DNA of 64,000 nucleotides, from NCBI GenBank assembly GCA_030704615.1, contig CM060732.1, forward strand, positions 18,104,001 through 18,168,000, given 5' to 3'. The notes under the pieces were generated by a model. The model saw nothing but the letters and a program-made list of their open reading frames with translations, was not told the DNA's origin and did no database searches. The DNA is from Takakia lepidozioides. Lineage: Eukaryota; Plantae; Bryophyta. The position numbers were made by a program, and so were the translations under genes. Positions within the stretch are counted from its first letter, which is position 1. Each line of letters starts with the position of its first letter. Positions 38,861 through 51,130 of the stretch are shown in pieces.

Positions 38861-40880
38861 CTAAGCACCAAATTTTGAAATTGCGACGATGTCTAACACA
38901 GAATAGGAGAAAATTATACCTGATGCCACCAAGTCATGACATTGAGCCAGTCGTTCATTTTGTCGTCTGTTGGCTCGATGGGAAAGTGGTACAGCAGCTT
39001 CGTGTTTGTATGGCCGTTCCAGATTCGCAGCCACCTCGTCTGCAGCCACCTCACATCGGTCAGACAAGAACTCCAACATAAGAATCGCGAGAAGTCACAA
39101 AACAAGAATAAACACATGCTTACCTTCTCCGCCGGCTCAACACAGGACATTGCGATGTGATGAAGTTTCTCCATGGACATTTCCGGTTTCATGGGTCTGG
39201 AGTAATGCAGTCCTATCTCCGCCAGGAACTCGGCACCAAGACCAGGGTCAGCGATTGCAACTTGCTTAACAAGTTTGGACCTGTACTTGGTCCCGGATTG
39301 CTTCCCTGCCTGCACAATATGACTCTCTATCGACGTGTCCGCCTTGTTGGGGGCATCATTCTCAAAGAACTGCCTTTTGGCATAGGCCAAGTCATCCCTG
39401 ATGTTCGTCTGCATTCCCATACCCAGCAGATACAGTCAGGCCACGGATCCCTGCAACAAATAACATTAAATTGATACTGAAATTTGAGATGAACCTCACC
39501 GAATAGAGGATCTCCACCATGGCGTCCAGTGTTGGTCGGTACCAGGTGCGATTTGCTTTCGCTAGGGACTTCCTGTACAGCTCGGGATCGAGGGACTTTT
39601 GGAAGTCCGTCAGCGGAGCTGTCCCCACTTCTTGCACTCTGTAGAGCGTATGTGCCAGATGAGTTTCCACGAAGGCCCTCTCTGTTACCCTGCCATGGAG
39701 AAAAAAAACAACATGAAAATATGATTTCGGCACAGCAATCCAATTTCCAGTTCATAGAGTGCACGACAGTGGTGAACATTGCCTATTTCGGCGCCGCAAT
39801 AGGCAGTACACAAGGATGTAATTGTATACTTACAGATTTATATCCGCCATGGCACCCTTCAACAGTCCTCTGTCCCTGACGTCCACCTTCACGACAATGC
39901 AGTCCACCATGTAATGCCAACTGATATTTTGCGGATGCATTTCAGTAATGTACTCTGTCCAGGCAAGCATCCTGTGGTTCCCGTCCCAAACGAAGAACAT
40001 CTTCCCTTCCATGTGTGCGAATGTGGGATTAGTCTTCAGATAGGCTTCAAACTCGACATTAACAGTGTGCCAGTGGGGGCCCCAATTCTAAAGCTCCTTT
40101 GCAGTGGGGCCCCTTGTGACACCCTGGTCATTCTCAATGGAAACGTAGAATGCTGCCGACCCCCGTCTGTACCCTTCTCTGAAGTTGTGCTTCAGTCGAT
40201 CGATATCCTCTGGCAGTGCTTGCCTTACAATTGGAAGGCTTACCATGCGACACAAAGGAACTTTGAGGTTCTCCGGATATACCATGGAGCCCAAAACGCG
40301 GCCTATGTTGCTATGAGTCTCTGCCAGCAACCTGTTTGCTGCTATGTTCATGTCTCTTGCGCTCATGAGCATACCCGCCACCAGTTTCTTACTTGTATCA
40401 CCTCTGTCACTTCCCTCACCCCTCTCACCAGCCTGTGTACTGTCCTAGAGGTTTTGCTCCTCCGCAAGCTCCAGCAGGTTCTGATCGTCGCCAAGTCGTA
40501 CCACGTTATCGTCCTCTCCTTCTGTCAGCTGAATGGGCCGCCCTTCTGCAAATCCGACTCCCACATCTCCAGCGGCCTCCACCGCATCTGTGTTTTCTGA
40601 AATTGACTGCAAACCCAATATCTCCGCTTCCAGTCTCCCTAGGGGTTTTACTGGCGAAGCCATGGGCTCCTTCTACTTTCTCGGCTTCCGAACTCTAGGT
40701 GGGCTTTTCGGAGGCGATATCTGAGGTGTTGAATGAGGACTCGTCTGCCTCGATGCACTTCCACCTTGTGAGCGCAGCACCCGGGCAGGAGTATCCAAAG
40801 TTGACTGTGTTGCCTCGCCCCCCTGCGATCCCTCCCCAGCTCCCATGTCAAACAAACAGGAAAACATGAGACACTGCACG
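38861..40880 (-). pseudogene. ParB/Srx-like gene of element B (homologue of 31787-33790), 3' truncated before any MTase domain
   Basis: LKVPLCRMVSLPIVRQALPEDIDRL..F..GY; GKMFFVWDGNHRMLAW; AMADIN^; exon borders match copy A; internal stops. Confidence 0.8.
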
Positions 40881-41499
40881 CCAAAAAAAAGGTGTAAAAG
40901 GAATATTGCGTATGGAGTGCTTCACATCCGTGAAGCACGAATCTCTCACTGGTGGGCGATCCGAGTCTCCGGATAACGAGGTCTGCATTTCATGCATGAG
41001 ACGGAGCTTAAGTCGTGTCGTCGGCGGCTTCCCAAAATCCCGCGTCCTCCTCTTTGCCGGAGTCGCCTGACCTTCCACAAACTCTATGCTACCACTATGC
41101 CGCATAAGGAGAGGAAACGCAGGAGAACGTCACTGCAGAAGGGCAAGGAGCGAGAGAGCGAAGCGGTGGAACATGCAACCACTATGCACGAGCAGATGCG
41201 TAAGCAGCCACGTCTCCCGAAGCGTTGCCACCATCCAACACTTTTTGCCGTATGGGTGATGAAGAGATTGTGACCCCTGACACGTTCGCACGGATGAAGT
41301 CGACTGGAACACGACGCGTGCCAGTTCCAGCCACCAGTACAAGACGGTTTATCCGACGAAATACCTTCCGTTCACCGGATGCTGTTCCCGGAGCAGCCGA
41401 CATTGAATGAAATATCCGCACATCATGAAACCCAACCGCCATGAAAATCCCCTGCCTATGACATTCAACAGTCAGGTCGGTACGTTTCAACAGCGGACG

Positions 41500-43090
41500 G
41501 ATGAATTTCGGCGCCGAAATTCATCCTATTCAAGTGCTTTCATACGCAAACTTACGAATTTCGGCGCCGCAATTCATCGCTACCGAAGTCCTCATCCGTC
41601 ATGAGCAAACCTGTCAGTGGGATATCGGAGCCGGAATTAATTCCGGGACAGTGAAAACGGTTGCACTTGGGCACATTTCATCCATATTTCGGCGCCGAAA
41701 TTCATTACGAATATCTCCGTCCGCGCGTAGACGAGGTGAAATCATCATTATTTCGGCGCCGAAATTCATCCAGAGCGAAGACTAAATTGGCACCATGCTA
41801 CGCTTTGCCGCCATCATTGCCCCTGACGGATACTGTCCATGCCTGTTGGACTTGCCATTTGTGGACATTTAACTATAATTTCGGCGCCGAAATTATACTT
41901 TATGTGCGGCAACGTCCCGTGCGAAAAAGACCACTTAATGGATACTGTCGGTTTCAAATGAAAAAAAACGGCTAAAATGCAATTAATTTTGACAGAAGTG
42001 GTTTAATATGCCGATTTCTCCATTAAATGCAGAATATTCCTGTTATATTCGTCGGAACGGGGTATTTCCAACGATTTACGGAAAATTATCATCCAAAAGC
42101 AAAAAGTAAGTGCCGGGTTTGGACGAATTTCGGCGCCAAAATTCATCCGTCGCATAGAAAATGTAATATTAGAGTTACTCATTGCGGACAGTAAGGATGA
42201 ATTTCGGCGCTGAAATTGATCCATTTCAAAGAAAAATAAATATTGGAGGGAGGGCATTGGATGAATTTCGGTGCCGAAATCCGGCGCTCAAACCCTGAAA
42301 AGAATTTGGAGGGATGAAGTCGGCTGAATTTCGGCGCCGAAATTTATTGCTTGCGAAGAAAAAATAAATTTCGGGAGGACTTCGGATGAATTTCGGCGCC
42401 GAAATTCATTGCTCGCGAAGGAAAATAAAAAATTTCGGGAGGACTTCGGATGAATTTCGGCGCCGAAATTCAATGCTCGCGAAGAAAAAATAAAATTCGG
42501 GAGGATTTCGGTTGAATTTCGGCGCCGAAATTCATTGCTCGCGAAGAAAAAGGAAAATTAGAAGGGAGTACTTGGATGAGATTCGGCGCCAAAGTTCATC
42601 TGTCGCAAAGAAAAATAAAAACAAAAAGGACTTCCGATGAATTCCGGCACCGAAATCCATCCGCAGGGCAGCTGAATTAGGGTCGGAAAAGGAGATGAAG
42701 AATGAATTTCGGCGCCGAAATACTTTCATTCTGCCGATTCAGGATTACTGTCATTCGGATGTCGGCACCGATATCCGGACACATGGTGAATCACGACTGT
42801 AATCAGGAACACATTCATCCGTATTTTGGCATCTAAATTCAACCCATATGTGCAGATACAATTTAATGAAGAAGTTCATCCGAATTTCGGCACCGAAATC
42901 CATCCGTTGGGTGCTTGGTCAGTTTAATGAGGTGAACAAATTACGATTTCTGTTGCCGGAATTCATCCCCTGGCTTCCAAAGCTGTTACATGACAGAGAT
43001 GTTCATCCAGATTTCGGTGCCGAAATTCATGGGAAGGCCTGATTTATTGTACCCCAAGTGGTTGTACATTACAATTCAGGCACCAAATAT
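41500..43090. repeat. Array of the perfect 18-bp palindrome AATTTCGGCGCCGAAATT
   Basis: About 20 copies, including a tandem run of about 62-63 bp period at 42310-42560. Confidence 0.95.
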
Positions 43091-43278
43091 CCGATGTGAA
43101 CTTGCTGTTCTTGTCCGTTTTTGTAACGTACGTTACACACCTTCATCTTTACGTGCACTGATCACCCATCCTGTTGGATACGGAATCCTCCAGAAAATCA
43201 TTTGTGTTATTAGGTAGGACACACTCTTCTCATTGCAGGACTTCGCTGCGGAGCGTACCGAGAGGTCCCGTCTTCAAA

Positions 43279-46200
43279 ATGGACTCCCGTGTTTGGGTCA
43301 ACGTGTACTTCCATCCTGATTCTCTGAAAGCTAAAATACCCTGCGACCAAGGATTTGCGATTGTCACTGAGCAGTACTTGTGTGTGAAGTTCGGGCTCCG
43401 CCCTGGAACGGTGTTTTTGGAAGAGGAGACGAAGGATGCTTATGGAAATTTTCTGGAAAGTGCCGTCATTCTGCATGCAGATTTCGGAAAAGGCAAAAAG
43501 TGGCGGCTCCCAGCTTCTGAATCCATCCGGTACAGTGCCATTGGTGAAATCGTGCCTAAAGAGTTCCCACGCTGGAACTTGGTTGATCCTCCTTCCACAA
43601 GAGGGTCTGGCGTGCAAGATGTGAAGGATGTGGGCACCTCTTCACAAGCAGAGAAACCCAAACATGTGAAAAGGGAAATCCAGGAAAACAGGGAAACAGT
43701 CGTCCACGACTTATCCAGTGACGATGAAGACTGTATGGTCCTTCCATCGTATGTTTCGAAGTCGTCCGTCACTAGGAGTGTTCAGCATACACCGTCCGAC
43801 TCAACTTCCGTCCGCTCAGTAATCGACATATTGCGGAGGATGAAGACAACGGGTTCCCGCTCCAGTGACCTTCTTAGGCTTGATTACGACAAAACTCCAA
43901 TCCATTCTGTGGAAACTTTGCCTGATGTTGTGGATGGGAATGCTATCTACGAGTTCCCTCCAGTGCCGGCAGGCGCAGGCCCAGACGGCATGCTCGCAGG
44001 AATGAACAGGAAACATGACGGCCACCCTTGGTGTGTCACCAAAACTTCATCGTCCAACCTGGGTGATGGAGTTCGAGTGAGATATGTATTGTGTGTTGGG
44101 CATCTTAAATGTTTCTCGAGCACATGTTACCATTACACTAGCAAAGGCACCAGGAATGAGACTGACTGGATTGGCAATTCGTCGACCCCATTTTGGCCTC
44201 AAGGTAGAGTTCCTGCAGGGACGTTCAAGTGTGCCCATTGCAACGCAGCCCCTACGTGCATGGCAGTGTGCAATGCCAAGCAATACTACGTCGGGACCGT
44301 CGGCCCAGCGTGCACCAGAGCATGCATTCACATCGGAAAGCATGAGCACCCCCTCGCCAGAGGCAATTGCAGAGTCGCTTTTCAACAAGCCCAGGATATT
44401 ATCAAGGAGGAGGTGAGGTTGAGGCCGGGTGCAAAACCAAAGCAGATACAGCTCGCATCGGCACATAGGATTGCAATTGGCATAATAATGTCGGAGGACG
44501 GAAGCACAAGAGAGAAGCTGGGCGAGGGGGACATGAAGGACCTGCTGGAAGCTGTCTCCCATGTGTGCAGCCCCAATGTCAGGAACCACATTGTCAGCTG
44601 CAAGAAACGAATCGGAAGAGGATCAGACATGCACTCCATCTTGGAAGTGAAGCGCACAAGCGGCTACGACTTCATCCAAGGCAGCTTCTTTCCTGGTCAA
44701 GGCTCGGAGACGGACAGGTGCTTCATATTTAAGATGTCAACGTGCGGACCGGGGAGCGGCGTCGATTTGGTGAAGCGGATGACCAGTGGAGACCTTTCAA
44801 ATTGTTGGGTCATGTTCGACCACATCCGGCGAATTACCAACCACGATTGGGTGACAATGGGGGCACATGTATACGACCCACATTGCAGAAAGTTGATGAC
44901 CATTGCTATCTGCGAAATGAAGGGAGAAGACACAGATTCGGAGTTGCATATGTGGCGCGGAATTAATGAGCAAATGGCGAGAGCCAAGTTGCCCCCTCCC
45001 GATTTTAGGGGCTTTATGGCTGACAATGCCCAGGCAAACTGGGCTGCATTTAGGAGGGTATATGGGGACGACCCAAAGACTCCAATGGAAGGAAAGGAGA
45101 GATCTTGCGGGTTCCACTTCATGCAGAGTTTGACGCAAAACACGAAAAGGTTCGTGGCGTCATGCCACCGGCAGGATCATATCAGTATGTGCCTAGCGTG
45201 GAAAAATGCGAATTCCATCGACGAGGCGGAGACCGAGTTTGCAACCATACGCGCCTGGTGGGTGTCTTCAGGGGCAGTGGATGTGAAAGATCAGCCAGAA
45301 CTGCAAACGTGGCTTGCGTGGTGGCATTATAGATTCCGCCAGTTTGGAGACTACATGAGACAGGTAACACATTTCTGTACTTGACAATTGTTCTGTTTTG
45401 TGCTTGGACATTCTCCACAATCAGTGACATATCTAATTTCCTTCAACAGGACATGAGCTTGGAGGATGACACGGATATGCCGACGACGAACATGGCCGAA
45501 TCGGTGCACTCTTCCTGGCGTGCTTCCTCTGCAGCACATCTCGTTGACATGTTGACAGCAACAACAGAAGATATTGTGAGGGCCATCATGCAACAATCTC
45601 ATTACTACCAGTTTCTGGGAGGAAAGCAATGGGGTATCGGACCAGACAGGCAGGAGATGCTGATGAGGGCGGCGCATCGTTCGACCGATCCCAAAAAATG
45701 GACTGCTGCATTGCGGGAAACAATAAGGTCAACGCCGTTACACAGTCGGGGGAACTGCCTAGAGGGCGATGTCCGCAGCCGGCCGGTGAAGAGAAGAATT
45801 GAGGACATGCCCGGAGGGGATGGGGATTCATGGAGATCAGATATGAACATCCGCACTCAACCTCGGGGCGCAACGATGTTGCGTCCCACGCCTCCACGAA
45901 GCAGGGCTCGTACCCCCTCTCCTGCAGCATCCATGGAATCGCTGCCAGACTCGGGACAACATGCCGAGGATGGGCATGTTGCTCCTGTTTTTGTTACCCA
46001 ATACAACATTCCAATCGTGGAGCGAGATGTGTCGGCCTCGCAGTGGAGAATTGCACGGACCCGTCCGACATTTCGTGGCAAATGTTGTGCTGTTCGTGTC
46101 GACACCAACCAGAGATGCAATGAGATGATTCGGAGGAGCCCGCAGGGCGGTGTGCCTGCCCCTTGCTTCACAGGGAGATTTGTTTGCGCAAAGTTTGTGG

Positions 46201-46877
46201 AGGCCACACTGAAGGAGTTTTGGTTCTGCAGGCACGACATCATGTCGTGTGTGTTCGGCAAGCCCAAGTATGGTGTACAAGGCATGCCTGAACCACCGGC
46301 AGTCTGGCCTGTGGCAAGTGGTACAGATCTTACCCTGGAGGAGGCAGACGCTCTAGGAAGTGCAGGGTTTCGACTGGTGGAGAGGACAGACGTTCCACGA
46401 AATCCAATTCCCAATCGTCATCCTCCTCCCACGAGAAGCTCTTCGCCCCGCATACCGGTGGGTGACCCCGCAGCTTGGCCCACCCATCGGTGGGGTAAAC
46501 TGAAAAGACGGCGGCCACCAACAAAGGCGAACGACACCAGGATGGCCAACGCTCTTGCAATGCCCTGCATAGTGCAAGGTTGCAGGGATGTTCCTCACCC
46601 CGGGATGGGGCGCATATTTCAGTTGTCAACAGCCGGGTCTGCTGCGCGCAGTGTCGTGTATGCAATCACGGTTTCACAGTACCCAGCTTGCAACTGTGAG
46701 GACTTCCTTGTTATGGAATCGAAGAATGCAGCATACGTCCCCTGCAAACACCTTTATTACATTTTTATGAAGCGCATGAGTTGCATATCCGCAGTGGACG
46801 TCTTCATCCATGCTCCAACACTGAGTTTCAACGAGCTGCACAAGGCCCTACGGCAGGATACTGGTCGGACTGCTTGA
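43279..46877 (+). CDS. Intact GCM-domain Mutator-like DDE transposase with SWIM finger, about 1170 aa (exons 43279-45363 and 45450-46877)
   Basis: Phase-0 GT-AG intron 45364-45449; Zn motif CVGHLKC-x4-C...CAHC...C...HEHP; VMFDH, FMADNAQAN, CGFH and TNMAESVH; SWIM CNCEDF...PCKH; no stops. Confidence 0.9.
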
Positions 46878-47560
46878 CATTCCACATTCGGGAAGGAGAA
46901 AGTGGCAATTATATTACATTCATCTTCTTGCACCCTATTTTTTTGTGAGGAATTATACACTTGGTGGTGCCGCATCGCCATGGCTACAGGTGAATTTCGG
47001 TGCCGCAATACATGAGAATGTGGTTTTTGGCCATGAATGGCATGCGCATGCTTTTTTTATTTTGGTTGTCTACAAATGGATCCGAGTAAAACATACATTG
47101 TGTGGAGATTAATGGGCATTGAGGCCTATTTCAGCGCCATTTATGGTCTGTGTACTACATAGTGCTTCCTTGTTACTGCTCTTCATTCAATTTGTAGTGA
47201 TTTCGCAGCCCATCCTGGCGTTTTCGTCCACCTTTATGAGAAGACTCCAATTTGCTACAAATACATTGTTATTGTTCTGCAAATGTGATGCCTTTACAAG
47301 ATTGCTAGTTCTGTGTCCCAGTGGGAAGGGTCCTACTGCACATTCCAGCATTTGCATACTGCACCTTGTGCAAACAGCAATCCATACGACAAAGGACACG
47401 TCCCAGCATACTGGCAGTGAATTGCAAAAAACCTTAACAGAAGATTATCCAAGCATGTATATTCCCCATATGGCACAGGGAAGCTGCTTGATTTCTGAAT
47501 GAAAATGTATGTGCCATGAGTGTCAGCGAGTTGAAACATGTCTACTCTAGCATGCAAGAC

Positions 47561-48112
47561 CTATGGTCCCCTCGCCCAAGAAGAAGGAACTCGAACTGGC
47601 CTCTCAAGGACCTCCTCAGTGACCGGGTGCCTATATTTGAACAAAATGTCAGTGGTTTCTGTCGCCCGGTTGAAACTAACAAGGATGTCGTGTTTATCGA
47701 TAGCGCCCCCTTGGTAGAAGGACATTTTCACAGTGGGCCCTGTGTTCCCCTCCTCCTCATCCTCATAACTGAAGAGAATGTCCCCACTTTCCGAGCCAGT
47801 CCGTCCACGCGTAAAGTTTTCACCTATGCACTCATCATACGTCCACTCGCAACAATTCCAGCGATACAGCAACGCTGTGCGTGATCTGTTCGGCTCCCAC
47901 ACATGCGGAAAGTCCAGGTCCATGATGCGTAGGAACCACCTGCTCCCCAGCCGGGGTCCAGGAGAATCGTGCAATCCTGGAAGAAACTCCATTGCTCTCA
48001 GCTGGACAAGTCGAGGATTGTCCCTGTAAACATCCAGGAAGACAATGATGTCGTCTGCTTTCGGGAAAATGACTCCCGTCTGGCGTCGATAGATGTGATT
48101 CGGGCACAACAC
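47561..48112 (-). CDS. Unknown ORF/exon convergent with transposase B
   Basis: 183-codon open frame with globular-protein-like composition inside element B; no recognised motif. Confidence 0.35.
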   Translation of the reverse strand: MLCPNHIYRRQTGVIFPKADDIIVFLDVYRDNPRLVQLRAMEFLPGLHDSPGPRLGSRWFLRIMDLDFPHVWEPNRSRTALLYRWNCCEWTYDECIGENFTRGRTGSESGDILFSYEDEEEGNTGPTVKMSFYQGGAIDKHDILVSFNRATETTDILFKYRHPVTEEVLERPVRVPSSWARGP

Positions 48113-48219
48113 AGCACGAACTCAAAGCAAGGAGGAGATGGGCACAACAGAGAAGAGTGAAGAGCAAAATGAGAGCAAGGCCTCCCTCACCGTAAGGCGG
48201 GTATTTGCTCTCCGACGCC

Positions 48220-48690
48220 CAATTTCGGCGCCGTTATTACATGGAGTGCGGAAGCTTCAGCCGAGAATTTTGTTTCCGCAGGTCAATTTCGGCGCCGTTA
48301 TTGGTTGCAATCCCCAGCCTTCAGCCGGGTATTTGGTTTCCGGACCCAATTTCGGCGCCGTTATCGGCTGCACTCCGGTGGCTTGAGCCGAGTATTTGGT
48401 TTCCGGGGCCCATTTCGGCGCCGTTATCGCCTGCACTCCGGAGGATGCAGCCGGGTATTTGGTTGGCGGAGCCCAATTACTTTCACCGTTGTTGGCTTCA
48501 CTCCCGAGCCTTCAGCCGGCTATTTCTTTTCCTGTGCCCAATTACGGCGTCGTTATACCCAACCATCCTGCACTTCTGCAATAGTACTATCCACGGTTAT
48601 AGGTCGCCATTGCGTTTTCGGAGTCTGCAAACCCGGATCCTAATTCCGCTTGCGTCTCTGCCTCTGGGATAATTTCGGTGCCGTTATTGC
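48220..48690. repeat. Subterminal repeats AATTTCGGCGCCGTTAT (period about 63 bp)
   Basis: About 6 copies; half-site variant of the element B palindrome. Confidence 0.85.
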
Positions 48691-48724
48691 CCAGAATTCA
48701 GTTATTCTATGACCTGGCCTGGCG

Positions 48725-48951
48725 GTCCATGAGCCTGGGCTCCAAGTCATGAGCGTACACTGGTACTCATGAGCGGAGTGCTTCCAGCATGAGCGCGGAA
48801 ATCTTCGATTTTTTATTATTTTATAGTTTTTGGCCCGAAAAAAATCTGCCGAAATTCGAAATGTGTTACTTTGCGGCTCATGGGTTAGCCATGCCCGCTC
48901 ATGAGCTCATGAGCTCACCGCTCATGAGCTCATGGAATAGCAACCCCCTGG
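48725..48951. mobile_element. Right terminus of element B (CATGAGC subterminal repeats, end ...GGAATAGCAACCCCCTGG)
   Basis: Reverse complement CCAGGGGGTTGCTATTCCATGAGC matches the terminus at 55381 (CCAGGAGGTTTACTATTTCATGAGC). Confidence 0.8.
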
Positions 48952-49325
48952 CTCTGGGGGGACAGGGAGTGTGGGAAGTAGTGCAACTGGAGCTGGGAAT
49001 ACTGTAAGTATAGAGGGGCCAGTAGCAGGGAGTGCTCAGGGGCCAACACCTGGTGGGAGTTCCACCACTACAACAGTAGGTCCTCAAGGACCAGCACCTG
49101 TCAGTGGGCAGGGTGTAGGGCCACAGATGGCGGTACCTCCAACACGGGCAAAACCACCTTTTCCAATATATGCAGGAAAAGGGGATCCTGATGTACACAT
49201 TAGCCAATTTGAGCACATGCGTATTGTGAACAATGAGAATGACGATGATGCTAAGATGAGACTGTTTCCTTGTTCACTTATCAAGAAAGCGAGTGAATGG
49301 TATGCAAGATTTCCTAATAATGAAT
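48952..49325 (+). pseudogene. Retrotransposon gag fragment (insertion target of element B)
   Basis: PPFPIYAGKGDPDVHISQF...AKMRLFPCSL.KKASEWY, a Retrotrans_gag-like motif. Confidence 0.75.
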
Positions 49326-49399
49326 ACATGTTTTTTTCTTCTTATGAGTCAACTATTTTTTTCATCCTGAATGGAATTCTTTTATCTGTCAGCTACGAG

Positions 49400-51130
49400 A
49401 GTGTGCAGTGGTGAACCTCCACTGGACAGTGGAGGTTAATGTCTTAGGAATTTTGTATGGTTGTTATGATATGTGTTTGACGCCCGAGGTGGTTTGTTCT
49501 TTCGACAGCAACATCACCCCCAGGGATTGTATTGTTGGAATGTGCAAACCTATCTGTGGTTCATTTGTTACTCGTAAATCTCTGAATTTCAAGAATGATC
49601 ACCTGGCAATTTTTGAGCTCAACCCGAAAATCACAGAATGGGGTATAGTCCCCGTTGGAACACCTCCAGACCATAAGTTCCGGTTCCACTACAAGATTGG
49701 TGTAGAGGTCGCCGAGCTCAAATATGCAGATGGCCATGATGAGGAAGGTCTTGATGAGAGAGTCCATTCAGGTGGGGTTCACATATTGCGACGAGGGTAC
49801 ACAATTTACAGATGAATGTTTTTGCATGGCTTGGTGTATTTTCTTGGATGTGCTTTACTTAAAGGGTAAGGAGAATGCAAAGATGCAGGAGGAGGAGGCT
49901 GCGAGAGCGCGGCCAAGGAAGGGAAAACGGAAATCCACTAACGCCGGAGGTGACGAGAATGAAGCCGGGACATCCGGAGGAAAGAAAAAACAAAAGGAGG
50001 ACATGGATCCCGCTTTCATGACAGATAACAAGAAACCCAAGGCCGCAGACATCTTCGACAAAGAGAAGTGTGGGAAGATGCAGGAGAGGCTGGAGCAAGA
50101 CTACAATGATATGTTTCATTTTGGGTTTGAGGCGACCCAAGACGTCAAAGTTTCCATGATGGAGCTTGCTCCCAGGGATATGGTGTACAGGCCCCTAAAT
50201 GTTAAGCACAAAGACGAAGTGAAAGCGTCTTTACCAGCTCCGTGTGTTCGCCTCCAAACATCCAGTTTATTTTATTCTAGCAAACCCCGAGAAGCCTATG
50301 GAGGTTTCTAGTTCGAAACCTCGAAACTGGAAGGAGGTGGAAAAGTCCAGATTCTCCGTCATCGGTGGACAACACACCATCATTGCTGCCAAGGTAAATG
50401 TCTCAATTAATCCAAATTTTGTAATATCATGAACCTCTAGGTTTATGTACTTTAAACATCATGTTTGTTAGGTCGCTAGCATTTCTGACCTTATTCAATT
50501 CTGTCCCAGGAACTTGTGGAAGACGTGGACGACGACAATCTTAAGAAGTACTACTCTGACTGGCCCTCGAAGATTATATGGTCAAAGGATCTGACGAGGC
50601 TCGTGAAGCTATCTAAGCTCCTAAACGACCCAAACATTCCCCGAGAAAGTTGCACATGCCCGGAATTTCTTTGAACTTAGTGGGAAGCCGAAAAAGTACA
50701 ATGATCACACAACGAAGTTGGAGACAAGACAATGGAAGGTAAATGATTCATTGTATTTTTTTATTGTTTTTGCTCGAAAACCAAAACATTTTCAAGATCG
50801 GTTTTAATGTGACGAACGAAAAGTTACATCCTTCAAATATTCGACATGTTGAAGTCTTATGTAATGTCTGTTGTTTCGTAATGAGGTGCTTCTCCACCTT
50901 TTATTTTTCCAATGTTTATGTTCTCCACCTGGAACAGTTTCGCAAATGTGCCGTGAAGATCAAAGAAATGGTCATAATTTGGTATCTCAAGGATTTCCTC
51001 GAAACATTTTTGAAACTGTTCCTTCTGGAGACTGAACATTGGAAAAAGTAGACATGGAGGAGCGCCGCATTACGAAGCAGGAGACACTACAAAAATAGCT
51101 TCAAAAGGGAAGGTGCTTCAATCAACAAAC
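49400..51130 (+). pseudogene. Third, divergent ParB-like multi-exon gene remnant
   Basis: APRDMVYRPLNVKH...RFSVIGGQHTIIAAK^ELVED...WPSKII; splice donor near 50394 and acceptor near 50509. Confidence 0.5.

Noticed and set aside
42310-42560. Regularly spaced palindromic repeats resembling a CRISPR array
   Set aside because: The spacers are near-identical to each other, spacing elsewhere is irregular, there are no cas genes and the context is a eukaryotic TE
51085-51097. CACTACAAAAA as a CACTA terminus
   Set aside because: No partner TIR or subterminal repeats were found
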